The notes under the pieces: generated by a model
What the model was told of the DNA's origin: nothing
Database searches by the model: none
The model's input: only the letters and a program-made list of their open reading frames with translations
Part shown: one piece after another, positions 1-7,367 of the stretch
Layout: the number at the start of each line of letters is the position of its first letter
How positions within the stretch are numbered: position 1 is the stretch's first letter
Made by a program: the position numbers and the translations under genes
From: an uncultured Clostridia bacterium
GTDB taxonomy: Bacteria > Bacillota > Clostridia > TANB77 > CAG-508
Direction of reading: 5' to 3'
NCBI GenBank assembly: GCA_947625835.1
Contig: CANQPY010000001.1
Coordinates: forward strand, 115,981 to 179,980
Length of the DNA stretch: 64,000 nucleotides

Positions 1-1
1 C

Positions 2-166
2 TGCAACTACTGCGGGCATGCAGGTATTTATATGGAGTCAGAAAAGAAGTGTTTGAGAAAATGTCCGTTTGCAGAACTATGTAAAAATGAATTAAATAAG
101 AGTGGATTGCCATGCGCACGTTGGAGAAAATATCTTGATGAAGATATAACCCTAAATATTGGCTAA
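2..166 (+). CDS. hypothetical protein, C-terminal fragment (Cys-rich)
   Basis: Frame open from window edge to TAA 164-166; translated CNYCGH..C..KC....C pattern; start lies upstream of window. Confidence 0.4.
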   Translation, partial: CNYCGHAGIYMESEKKCLRKCPFAELCKNELNKSGLPCARWRKYLDEDITLNIG

Positions 167-182
167 ATTTATAGGTGAATAT

Positions 183-764
183 ATGTTAGATTGTGAGGAA
201 AAAGAAGAGAAAAAGTGCTATGGGCTAGATATTCCCGTAAAAGGCAAGCCCAGGTGGGTTTATGAAAATCCTTACAGGTATATTGAAAAACAGGGATGTA
301 AGCCTGTTAATGATTATTTTGGTTATAATAGTTTTAGTGAAGATGAGGATATTGCAATAGAAGACCCGTTGTTCATTAATAAAATGCAGGCATTGGATTA
401 TAATCTAATGTTTTATAACCCTACAGGATTCAACTTTGGAAATCCTAAAAATAGACTTGCAAGTGCCTTTTGTCATGCATATGAATTTAAAACTCCCCAA
501 TATTCTGAGAAAATCAAACAGAGATATATAAAAGGGAGCATGATAATACTATTAAAACATAAAAGGTTTTTTAACCAGTCAGATAAAAAGCAATTAGTAA
601 AATATTTAAAAGATTTGGACTGGTTTGGTGGTTTCGAAGGGCTCAAGTTTTTTGATAATCACCCTGAATATCATCAAGATACTTCAGAAGAAGTTATAAA
701 TGAGATTAGAAAAAGATTACTTAATGGAGAAGAGTTAGGAACTTTCAATACTGACATTGAATAA
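183..764 (+). CDS. hypothetical protein
   Basis: ORF track 159..764; in-frame ATG 183 preceded by AGGTGA 173-178. Confidence 0.7.
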   Translation: MLDCEEKEEKKCYGLDIPVKGKPRWVYENPYRYIEKQGCKPVNDYFGYNSFSEDEDIAIEDPLFINKMQALDYNLMFYNPTGFNFGNPKNRLASAFCHAYEFKTPQYSEKIKQRYIKGSMIILLKHKRFFNQSDKKQLVKYLKDLDWFGGFEGLKFFDNHPEYHQDTSEEVINEIRKRLLNGEELGTFNTDIE

Positions 765-767
765 CTT

Positions 768-858
768 GGCGCCATGGTGTAATTGGCAACACAGAAGATT
801 GCTAATCTTTCCAGCGGATTAAACTGCTGTGCAGGTTCGAGCCCTGCTGGCGCCGCCA
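768..858 (+). tRNA. tRNA-Ser(GCU), CCA encoded
   Basis: Acceptor GGCGCCA/TGGCGCC, loop TTGCTAA, long variable arm, T-arm GCAGG-TTCGAGC-CCTGC. Confidence 0.9.
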
Positions 859-916
859 ATAATACTCAAATACCTCACTTAAATACTAGAAAGAAAGGGA
901 TCGACTATGAAAATAG

Positions 917-945
917 TTGATTCCTTTCTTTATCTGCTATATAAT
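917..945 (+). promoter_or_regulatory. early promoter cassette (TTGATT-17-TATAAT)
   Basis: AAAATAG-TTGATT, 17 nt, TATAAT, then ..AGAGAAATAAGTGAGGT leader and ATG 976. Confidence 0.75.
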
Positions 946-975
946 ATTTGCAGAGAAATAAGTGAGGTGAATGAT

Positions 976-1209
976 ATGGAATTAAATGTATTTTATGCAA
1001 GTGAAGACATAAATGAACGTGTATACCTTTTGGAATGCATGAACAATGTGGTTATCAACCTTGTTGATGAATCTTTTTACTACGACTCCTGGGTACTTGT
1101 TGTTCCTGATGGCGCGGATAAAGATGATTTCATTACCATAGCAGAAGATGATACCCTGTTTGACCTTGCATGTAAGACGTTTATGAAAATTATGAAAAAG
1201 GCATGCTAA
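976..1209 (+). CDS. hypothetical small acidic protein
   Basis: ORF 907..1209 trimmed to in-frame ATG 976 because promoter and RBS (GTGAGGTG) lie inside the longer ORF. Confidence 0.75.
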   Translation: MELNVFYASEDINERVYLLECMNNVVINLVDESFYYDSWVLVVPDGADKDDFITIAEDDTLFDLACKTFMKIMKKAC

Positions 1210-1224
1210 TTCAGCACTTTTTAG

Positions 1225-1253
1225 TTGATTTTTCTTTTAAGGTCTATTACAAT
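1225..1253 (+). promoter_or_regulatory. early promoter cassette (TTGATT-17-TACAAT)
   Basis: Same cassette; followed by GTAGAAATTAAGAGTGAGGTA leader. Confidence 0.75.
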
Positions 1254-1286
1254 ATCTGTAGAAATTAAGAGTGAGGTAGAAACCAT

Positions 1287-1592
1287 ATGTATTGCAGAAC
1301 TTACAATGTGAAACAAGAGAACCAGCAAGGGCAGCTTGACTATGCCATTATTCCTGAGAGTGAAGTACATCGCTTCTTTCAATATCATGATGAGTGCGAT
1401 TATAGGTGCCTCTCCTTTGGAAGTTTTGATAGAAAGTATAACTTAAGTTGTGTTCCTGAAGCCATGCGTTATTATATTGAAACCAAGAAGGGTATCTTGT
1501 TGTTCTTCCGCCAAGAAAAGAATATGTGGAAGTGGCTATATGAACACCATGATGATTTTCAAATTGAGGCTTATGGCAAATACAATATTTAA
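1287..1592 (+). CDS. hypothetical protein
   Basis: ORF track; ATG 8 nt after GTGAGGTA. Confidence 0.8.
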   Translation: MYCRTYNVKQENQQGQLDYAIIPESEVHRFFQYHDECDYRCLSFGSFDRKYNLSCVPEAMRYYIETKKGILLFFRQEKNMWKWLYEHHDDFQIEAYGKYNI

Positions 1593-1614
1593 AATTAAGA
1601 GTAAGGTAAAATGT

Positions 1615-1944
1615 ATGATAAAACTTGATAGAGGGTTTATTGCAGATCTGGGTAAGATTTTTACAGTGCTTAATAAATACTTTTTCCTTGAAGAGCTTCA
1701 AGTAACTATGGAAGAAAAGATGGATACCTATGGTGGTGATAAAGAGTATGTAGACGCATATATTCTTAAATTCAACTACAGAGATAGAAATATTCGTCTT
1801 GCAACTAGAGGTGATGGTTTTGTTCATACCCAGGTAGAAGGAAAGCCTGAAAGAGCGTTTGATTTTGATACAGGTACTGAAGAAAAGAATGAAGAAAATA
1901 TCAGGGCTTTCACAAATTGGGCCCAGACAAATCAAATGTGGTGA
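1615..1944 (+). CDS. hypothetical protein
   Basis: ORF 1450..1944 trimmed to in-frame ATG 1615 after AAGAGTAAGGTAAA RBS; upstream part overlaps previous gene. Confidence 0.7.
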   Translation: MIKLDRGFIADLGKIFTVLNKYFFLEELQVTMEEKMDTYGGDKEYVDAYILKFNYRDRNIRLATRGDGFVHTQVEGKPERAFDFDTGTEEKNEENIRAFTNWAQTNQMW

Positions 1945-1954
1945 GGTAAACTAT

Positions 1955-2200
1955 ATGATTAAGATTCAAGAATGTTATGAAATTGAAGATGGTGAAGAGT
2001 ATGAAATTCTTCATAGATACCTTCCCCATGAAGATATTCTAAAATTTGCTGATTGGTGCAAATTTTATAAAGATAGAGGACAAAAAATTACAGAAATCAA
2101 AAGAGAGAATAATGAGCTTACGATTTCTTTTGGAAATGTGGGAGATGTTGCTTTTGATATTCTTGCATTTGACATTAAACCCAGAATTGTAAGGTGGTAA
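1955..2200 (+). CDS. hypothetical protein
   Basis: ORF 1859..2200 trimmed to ATG 1955 after GGTGAGGTAA. Confidence 0.7.
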   Translation: MIKIQECYEIEDGEEYEILHRYLPHEDILKFADWCKFYKDRGQKITEIKRENNELTISFGNVGDVAFDILAFDIKPRIVRW

Positions 2201-2201
2201 A

Positions 2202-2489
2202 ATGAACAAAGTTATATATGATATTTTAAGAGAATGGTTAAATGAGGCCCTTCCTGAATGTGTTCACGGCAATATTTCATTTAGAAGAGTCAGAGACCCT
2301 GAAGATACTAGTAATCATATTTTTGAAATATATACCAACGTACCTGGTTATCTAATTGGGAAGGCTGGGTGTATCTATGATAAATATAAAGCCAAACTGT
2401 TGGAAGAACTTAAACATTGGGGATATAATGAAATTAGTATTGTTGAAGTTGAAGGATTTGTAACTCATAGACCTAAGAAGAAAATTTAA
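2202..2489 (+). CDS. hypothetical protein
   Basis: ORF track; AAGGTGG RBS; starts 1 nt after previous stop. Confidence 0.8.
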   Translation: MNKVIYDILREWLNEALPECVHGNISFRRVRDPEDTSNHIFEIYTNVPGYLIGKAGCIYDKYKAKLLEELKHWGYNEISIVEVEGFVTHRPKKKI

Positions 2490-2560
2490 AAATTAACATG
2501 TAAAAAATTGTATAACAATATATGATCCCCTAAAATAGGGGATTAAAAGGAGAATCACTT

Positions 2561-2977
2561 ATGGAAGATCAAGTTATTATTTATATTTGGAATAAATTGA
2601 ATAAGAAAAAGAAACTGGGCGTATTTGCGTATACAATTACATGGAGTAATAGCTCTAAGTCTTATAAAGCATTAAAACCTGTACGTACTAAATCTCTCCT
2701 TGATATTATGAGCCTCAATGAAGCCCTTAATACCTATTCCAAAACATCAATCGCTGAGATTAATAAGAAGCCCATTATTGTCTATACAAATGGAAAACTT
2801 GCAAGAAAAGTAAGAAGAGAAACTGTTAAGATTCCTGAACATATGGATAAGAATATCAGGCCAGCTCTTGAAAACTTTAATGTCCAGGTTTATACATTTA
2901 CACCTGAAACAAGAAGTTATCAGAAGAAATTGCAGGCTATGTGTACAGAATTAGTACCAGATGGAGTAAATAAATAA
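2561..2977 (+). CDS. hypothetical protein
   Basis: ORF track; AAAGGAG RBS 2546-2552. Confidence 0.8.
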   Translation: MEDQVIIYIWNKLNKKKKLGVFAYTITWSNSSKSYKALKPVRTKSLLDIMSLNEALNTYSKTSIAEINKKPIIVYTNGKLARKVRRETVKIPEHMDKNIRPALENFNVQVYTFTPETRSYQKKLQAMCTELVPDGVNK

Positions 2978-2992
2978 AAGAGGTAAATAAAT

Positions 2993-3331
2993 ATGAAAAA
3001 TATTCCCTTAACAAAAGACCAATTTATACATTATATTAATTTTATCAAGGAAAGAAAAGAAAAAGAAAACAAAATTAATGAGTTGTTTACGGAAGAATTT
3101 GAAGATTCTATTTTTTACCCCCACACAAGGTATGAAACAGAATTGATTAGTCTCCTTGAAACCATTTTTAATGATGAAGATGGTAATATTGGTTACTTTA
3201 TCTATGAATTGGATTTTGGTGAATTGGATTTTGCTAATGAATGTATTACAGAAGAAGATGGTACTACAATATCTCTTACTACACCTGAAGAACTTTATGA
3301 TTATTTAGTAAAGGAATATTTTTCTGAATAA
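2993..3331 (+). CDS. hypothetical acidic protein
   Basis: ORF track; AGAGGTAAA RBS. Confidence 0.8.
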   Translation: MKNIPLTKDQFIHYINFIKERKEKENKINELFTEEFEDSIFYPHTRYETELISLLETIFNDEDGNIGYFIYELDFGELDFANECITEEDGTTISLTTPEELYDYLVKEYFSE

Positions 3332-3342
3332 AAATAGAATAG

Positions 3343-3371
3343 TTGACTCTTTTCCATGTTTCTATTATAAT
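3343..3371 (+). promoter_or_regulatory. early promoter cassette (TTGACT-17-TATAAT)
   Basis: AATAG-TTGACT..TATAAT..GGTAGAAATTAAGTGAGGTA. Confidence 0.75.
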
Positions 3372-3400
3372 ACTGGTAGAAATTAAGTGAGGTATAGAGA

Positions 3401-3889
3401 ATGAAGGTAAGAAAGACATTTACTACTTATGAATTTGATGAAGCAAGTGGTAATATTGAGGAATACTACCATGATGAAATCAAAAAGGTAAAAGCAACAT
3501 CAAAATATAAAGTATATACATCTTTGTTTTTATTGTCCATTCTTCTTTGCATTGCTTTTGCCGCATGTGGTATTGCGTTTGCAGTATGTATAGATGTTAA
3601 TTTTCTACTGTTACTTTTTGGTGTGATTTTTTCGCTTATTCTCACAAATGGATTTGCAAGTCTTCGTGAGGATGAATATAACCATATTTGTCACTATTTA
3701 ACAAATTGGAGTGAAGAAAAGGAAGTAGAAGATAAGTCCCGCAAAGAAGCATGTGAATTAAGCGTTGAGTGGGAAAAGAAATATCCCCTAGAAGCACTGA
3801 TTAAAAAAGCACAACAAACTAAAAGTTGCTACGATATTGCAGAATTGGTGAGATTCCTATTGGAGTACAAAAGTGAAAGGGATTTGTGA
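3401..3889 (+). CDS. membrane protein (two hydrophobic helices)
   Basis: ORF track; SLFLLSILLCIAFAACGIAFAVCI and LLLLFGVIFSLILTNGF segments. Confidence 0.8.
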   Translation: MKVRKTFTTYEFDEASGNIEEYYHDEIKKVKATSKYKVYTSLFLLSILLCIAFAACGIAFAVCIDVNFLLLLFGVIFSLILTNGFASLREDEYNHICHYLTNWSEEKEVEDKSRKEACELSVEWEKKYPLEALIKKAQQTKSCYDIAELVRFLLEYKSERDL

Positions 3890-4109
3890 GAAATGGTGGA
3901 AAAACCATACAAAAGTTTTCCAAATAACTAACTATAAAGAAGATTGGAAGAAAGTGGGTAATAAACCAAGGTTTTGCATTTTCACAAATGGTGGAAAAAG
4001 ATCCAAAGGTGATAAGTGCTACGATTGGACAATGATTCTTGGATATACCATTTTTAATTACACAAATTTTGACCTGCAAAAAACAATACAGAAAAAACAC
4101 AAAAATTAG
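3873..4109 (+). CDS. possible small basic protein (uncertain)
   Basis: ORF track only; non-ATG start, no clear RBS, fills gap before next promoter. Confidence 0.3.
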   Translation: MKGICEKWWKNHTKVFQITNYKEDWKKVGNKPRFCIFTNGGKRSKGDKCYDWTMILGYTIFNYTNFDLQKTIQKKHKN

Positions 4110-4138
4110 TTGATCCTTCCTTTCATATATGATATAAT
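4110..4138 (+). promoter_or_regulatory. early promoter cassette (TTGATC-17-TATAAT)
   Basis: AAAATTAG-TTGATC..TATAAT..ATAGAGAGTGAGGTG. Confidence 0.75.
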
Positions 4139-4163
4139 GGATATAGAGAGTGAGGTGAAAAAC

Positions 4164-4337
4164 ATGTACACAATCTTATCCAAAAACGGAAGAATCCAAG
4201 AAGACGATTTGACAGTAGCCATTAACAAAGCAAAAGAATTGGCTAAACAAACCCAAGGATATGTTACCGTTTCTGAAGTCAGATATGGCAGCGAATGGAT
4301 CATCGTAGCATTTGATGGCAAGTATGACCAAATATAA
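4164..4337 (+). CDS. hypothetical small protein
   Basis: ORF 4110..4337 trimmed to ATG 4164 after GTGAGGTG; promoter lies inside longer ORF. Confidence 0.7.
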   Translation: MYTILSKNGRIQEDDLTVAINKAKELAKQTQGYVTVSEVRYGSEWIIVAFDGKYDQI

Positions 4338-4352
4338 AAGAGAAAAAATACC

Positions 4353-4541
4353 ATGATTATGAGCTTTGTAATTGTTGAATGTAATTCCAAGAACCATTTC
4401 ATCTATAATGCAGAAGAAGAAGTCATTAAAATGTTCGAAATGATCAAGAGAGATAACCTTCCAGGCAATTGGCAATTACGAATCAATGGAAGAATAGCAG
4501 GCAGATTTGTAGGGAAATCGGAGGAAACCTATGGAAATTGA
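4353..4541 (+). CDS. small protein, NLPGxWQ family
   Basis: ORF track; shares ..EEE..K.FE.I...NLPGNWQL with 4531..4818 and 31309..31467. Confidence 0.7.
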   Translation: MIMSFVIVECNSKNHFIYNAEEEVIKMFEMIKRDNLPGNWQLRINGRIAGRFVGKSEETYGN

Positions 4542-4818
4542 AGTCCATTTTAGTGATTTAAATCTTGATAAGCAAAGAGAGATCTATTCGATGCTTGGAA
4601 GTGATGGTGGCTATAACACCAAACCCATTGGAACCATTCATGTAGGTGATTACCAAATCATAGAATACAAGAGTGAAGATCGCTGGGTTTACGACACAGA
4701 AGAAGAGGCACGTACTGCATTTGCAAAAATAGAGGAACAAAATTTACCAGGTATTTGGCAACTTTTCGCCTTACCTCTTTGTAAGATGATTGATGAATTT
4801 ATTGGTCATTCGGACTAA
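4531..4818 (+). CDS. small protein, NLPGxWQ family
   Basis: ORF track; GGAGGAAACCT RBS; ..EEEARTAFAKIEEQNLPGIWQLF. Confidence 0.75.
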   Translation: MEIEVHFSDLNLDKQREIYSMLGSDGGYNTKPIGTIHVGDYQIIEYKSEDRWVYDTEEEARTAFAKIEEQNLPGIWQLFALPLCKMIDEFIGHSD

Positions 4819-4950
4819 AATAAAGGCCAATGTAATAATAATAGGAAAAATATTGTATAACATTGGTGATACTACAAAATCCCTATCAAAGATATTGTAA
4901 CAAATAATAAACAACTACGCTAAATTAATTAGAACAAAGTAATTATAAAT

Positions 4951-5026
4951 GAGAACATGGTCCGAAATGGCTAGGCGGTAGGTTGCAACCCTACATATGC
5001 AGGTTCAAGTCCTGTTGTTCTCTCCA
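4951..5026 (+). tRNA. tRNA-Cys(GCA)
   Basis: Acceptor GAGAACA/TGTTCTC, anticodon stem GTAGG/CCTAC, loop TTGCAAC, T-loop TTCAAGT, CCA. Confidence 0.85.
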
Positions 5027-5038
5027 TTATATATATAT

Positions 5039-5116
5039 CCACACTTAGCATAGATGGCCAAATGCGCCTGCCTGTCACGCAGGAGATCAGGAGTTCGAAT
5101 CTCCTAGTGTGGGCCA
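5039..5116 (+). tRNA. tRNA-Asp(GUC)
   Basis: Acceptor CCACACT/AGTGTGG, stem CCTGC/GCAGG, loop CTGTCAC, T-arm AGGAG-TTCGAAT-CTCCT, CCA. Confidence 0.9.
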
Positions 5117-5165
5117 TTTGTGGGATATTAAGTATCCTGGGATAGCAACCCTTAACAGCTAATCA

Positions 5166-5453
5166 ATATAAATTATATATTGGGACTAATCTGCGGACGA
5201 AAGTCTTTGGATTAAACAACACAGAAACGAAAACTGTGGAGATTGGGGGTTGGCAGAATCGTAACAAGGCTGCCATATATGTAGGGAAATTAGTCGGGGA
5301 AACCGAATGATGCCCGCGAAATGCCATTGAAAAAAATGGTTCCGTAGTGTAGAAACATTACCGTTGGCGTTGAAGACCGAGTTAAACGGCGGGGCTAGAA
5401 CGTGGTTAAAAAGGCGCTGAGAAGGGCGCGTACCCCAAATATATAATTTATAT
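5166..5453 (+). ncRNA. unassigned structured RNA (~288 nt) closed by a long terminal helix
   Basis: ATATAAATTATATATTGGG (5166-84) pairs with CCCCAAATATATAATTTATAT (5433-53). No plausible + strand ORF. Internal hairpins: GAC-GAAA-GTC, CACAG/CTGTG, TGGCAG/CTGCCA, CGG-GGAAA-CCG, CCATT/AATGG. Confidence 0.5.
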
Positions 5454-5458
5454 AACAT

Positions 5459-5535
5459 TGAGGAGTAGTTCAGTTTGGTAGAACGCTTGGTTAGGGACCA
5501 AGAGGTCGCGTGTTCAAATCATGTTTCCTCAACCA
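5459..5535 (+). tRNA. tRNA-Pro(AGG), unusual A34
   Basis: Acceptor TGAGGAG/TTCCTCA, D GTTC/GAAC, stem CTTGG/CCAAG, loop TTAGGGA, T-loop TTCAAAT, CCA. Confidence 0.75.
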
Positions 5536-5808
5536 AAATATAGGTGCACCATTTATTATTATTTCTTTTTTGCCTTAGTCAAGGGGTTATAAGCCCACAA
5601 TTTATGCAAGCGTTTGTAAGGAGTTAGCTTTGAATTAACCTTTGAGGTGGCGACTTTATATAAGCCTATAGAGTATGTCCTAGAGATTGACATACCGTTC
5701 CACGTACGATAAGCGTGTAAACAGTATGGTAGTAGGAATATGGTACCCCACCTACCCGGCAGAACTGATTGCAACAGCATATGATATAGTCCGTTAACTA
5801 TATTTTAT
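5536..5808 (+). ncRNA. ORF-free, relatively GC-rich spacer; possible structured RNA
   Basis: No + strand ORF between two tRNAs; GGTGCACC palindrome; hairpin ATATAGT-ccgtta-ACTATAT + T-run at the 3' end. Confidence 0.3.
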
Positions 5809-5885
5809 TGGGGAATAGCTCAGTTGGTAGTAGCGGCGGTCTGTTAAACCGTAGGTCGTGAGTTCAAGTCTCACTTCCCCAGCCA
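5809..5885 (+). tRNA. tRNA-Asn(GUU)
   Basis: Acceptor TGGGGAA/TTCCCCA, stem GCGGT/ACCGT, loop CTGTTAA, T-arm GTGAG-TTCAAGT-CTCAC, CCA. Confidence 0.85.
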
Positions 5886-5962
5886 TCTTGTGTATATCAG
5901 TTGGTTAGATAGTCGCTCTGATAAGGCGAAAGTCGATAGTTCAAGTCTATCCACAAGAACCA
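5886..5962 (+). tRNA. tRNA-Ile(GAU)
   Basis: Acceptor TCTTGTG/CACAAGA, stem TCGCT/GGCGA, loop CTGATAA, T-arm GATAG-TTCAAGT-CTATC, CCA. Confidence 0.85.
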
Positions 5963-5967
5963 GTTAG

Positions 5968-6006
5968 TACAAGTTAGTTTACTTCTCTTCTACTTGTATT
6001 ATTTTA
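5968..6006 (+). terminator. possible intrinsic terminator after tRNA-Ile
   Basis: TACAAGT..17 nt..ACTTGTA followed by TTATTTTA. Confidence 0.45.
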
Positions 6007-6048
6007 GAAAAGATCAGTAGGATTGGATCCTCTGAAATCATGATTAGG

Positions 6049-6056
6049 TGTATAAT
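6049..6056 (+). promoter_or_regulatory. extended -10-like element TGTATAAT
   Basis: ggTGTATAATg upstream of an ORF-poor segment and tRNA-Glu; same octamer upstream of 18458 and 23677 RNAs. Confidence 0.4.
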
Positions 6057-6255
6057 GTAGGTCTGTTAGGAACAGAATGCCATATTATACAAAATATAAA
6101 AAAGAGGAGTAATAGCAGTAAATGAGATCAGGCCTCGACTCCACTCCGTCTACCTGACTGCTAAAAAGAGAAAGAGTGGGCCTAGGTGTTTGCTGCAGCC
6201 TAGAGTGATACTTCTGTTTGAGTGCACCGAGCAGATAGTAAAGTGCAGCCTAAAT

Positions 6256-6332
6256 GCTGTCTTAGTGGAACAGGCTAACACGCTGGCCCTTCAAGCCGGA
6301 GATTGCGGGTTCGAGCCCCGCAGGCAGTACCA
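6256..6332 (+). tRNA. tRNA-Glu(UUC), C32-C33 loop
   Basis: Acceptor GCTGTCT/AGGCAGT (2 G:U), stem CTGGC/GCCGG, loop CCTTCAA, T-arm GCGGG-TTCGAGC-CCCGC, ACCA. Confidence 0.7.
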
Positions 6333-6338
6333 ATAAAT

Positions 6339-6414
6339 GGCTCCGTAGCACAATTGGTGGTGCAAGCGCCTCATACGCGTTAGGTTACTAGTTCAAACCT
6401 AGTCGGAGCCACCA
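6339..6414 (+). tRNA. tRNA-Met(CAU)
   Basis: Acceptor GGCTCCG/CGGAGCC, loop CTCATAC, T-arm ACTAG-TTCAAAC-CTAGT, CCA. Confidence 0.85.
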
Positions 6415-6431
6415 GTATTATATTTTTATAT

Positions 6432-6507
6432 CCCAGGGTGGTAGCAGTGGTAGCTCGTGAGCCCCATAAGCTCGAGGTCGTTGGTTCGAACCCAACCCCT
6501 GGAACCA
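6432..6507 (+). tRNA. tRNA(CAU) second copy (Met, fMet or Ile2 undetermined), C1-A72 mismatch, C32-C33
   Basis: Acceptor CCCAGGG/CCCTGGA, stem TGAGC/GCTCG, loop CCCATAA, T-arm GTTGG-TTCGAAC-CCAAC, CCA. Confidence 0.75.
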
Positions 6508-6634
6508 TTTTTTGCCTAACTATCAAGGCATTGTATTGATAGTCCTGTAATAGATAAAGTTACCATTGGTAACTACTAGGTAAAGGTAGTACCCCTCACT
6601 TTTTTCTTTTCAATTTATTCTGGGAGGCAATATT

Positions 6635-6910
6635 TTGGAAGAATTGGATTTAACAAAAACTATTGAATTTGAAGTGCTTGGAGATATCAAGCCTACCATA
6701 GTTGAAATTCTTGGTAGTTATGAGACTTGGATGTCCAGTGATTGTGATCTGCACTTAAAAGGGACACTTATAAGCTTACCAGCATATTGCAAATGGTTAA
6801 CTTATTATGGCAGTTTTCATGATATAAGAGATATGTCAACAGAACAAAGAATTATAAAGGCTCTGTATGAAAAAGGTCTTATTAAAGTTCATTATGTAAG
6901 ACCTGAATAA
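6635..6910 (+). CDS. hypothetical protein (TTG start)
   Basis: ORF track; TTG preceded by GGGAGG 6622-6627. Confidence 0.65.
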   Translation: MEELDLTKTIEFEVLGDIKPTIVEILGSYETWMSSDCDLHLKGTLISLPAYCKWLTYYGSFHDIRDMSTEQRIIKALYEKGLIKVHYVRPE

Positions 6911-6997
6911 TTTTTATTTTTTAACAACAGCGTGACCAAGATCTGATTTGGCCGTAAAGATATTCATTTTGATTACCTGGGAAAAGGTTTTCAAAGT

Positions 6998-7169
6998 GGA
7001 CGCCCTGAGAAATTGTTTTTCTCAGTTAAACTTGAAAAACCATCGAAAGATGATTGTATAAATAAGTGGGATGTCTTAGATTTGTGTCTAAGCGGCGAAA
7101 ATATTGTTTACGATATTTTCATTTCCAGGTGACCCGTAATAACAAGGGGTTCAAATCCCCTGGCGTCCA
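6998..7169 (+). ncRNA. 172-nt RNA with tRNA-type acceptor and T-arm but about 130 nt between them (tmRNA-like or interrupted tRNA, unresolved)
   Basis: GGACGCC (6998-7004) pairs with GGCGTCC (7162-68). T-arm AGGGG-TTCAAAT-CCCCT. Internal hairpins CTGAGAA/TTCTCAG, CATC-GAAA-GATG, CTTAGA/TCTAAG, AAAATAT/ATATTTT. No CCA encoded. Confidence 0.45.
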
Positions 7170-7207
7170 TCCGTGGGCGCGAGATCGGTCTGAGGGTACA
7201 CCTTTAT

Positions 7208-7282
7208 GCACGAGTGGTATATAGGCTTGTGCCTCGGCCCTCCAAGCCGATGAAGCCAGTTCGACTCTGGTCTCGTGCTCCA
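7208..7282 (+). tRNA. tRNA-Gly(UCC), C32-C33 loop
   Basis: Acceptor GCACGAG/CTCGTGC, stem TCGGC/GCCGA, loop CCTCCAA, T-arm GCCAG-TTCGACT-CTGGT, CCA. Confidence 0.8.
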
Positions 7283-7284
7283 AT

Positions 7285-7360
7285 GCTGGCGTAGCTCAAT
7301 TGGCAGAGCAAGGGTTTTGTAAACCCTAGGTTGTCAGTTCAATTCTGACCGCCAGCTCCA
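7285..7360 (+). tRNA. tRNA-Thr(UGU)
   Basis: Acceptor GCTGGCG/CGCCAGC, stem AGGGT/ACCCT, loop TTTGTAA, T-arm GTCAG-TTCAATT-CTGAC, CCA. Confidence 0.9.
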
Positions 7361-7367
7361 AAATTAT

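Noticed and set aside
5166-5453. RNase P RNA assignment
   Set aside because: The CR-I-like GACGAAAGUC folds as a local GAAA-tetraloop hairpin. An extra hairpin sits between the CR-V-like segment and the terminal helix. I could not build a convincing P4. I report it only as an unassigned structured RNA.
6120-6332. Possible tmRNA, based on the T-arm + ACCA end preceded by about 130 nt of structured sequence
   Set aside because: The 3' 77 nt fold on their own into a complete tRNA-Glu(UUC) cloverleaf. No distant 5' acceptor strand is needed.
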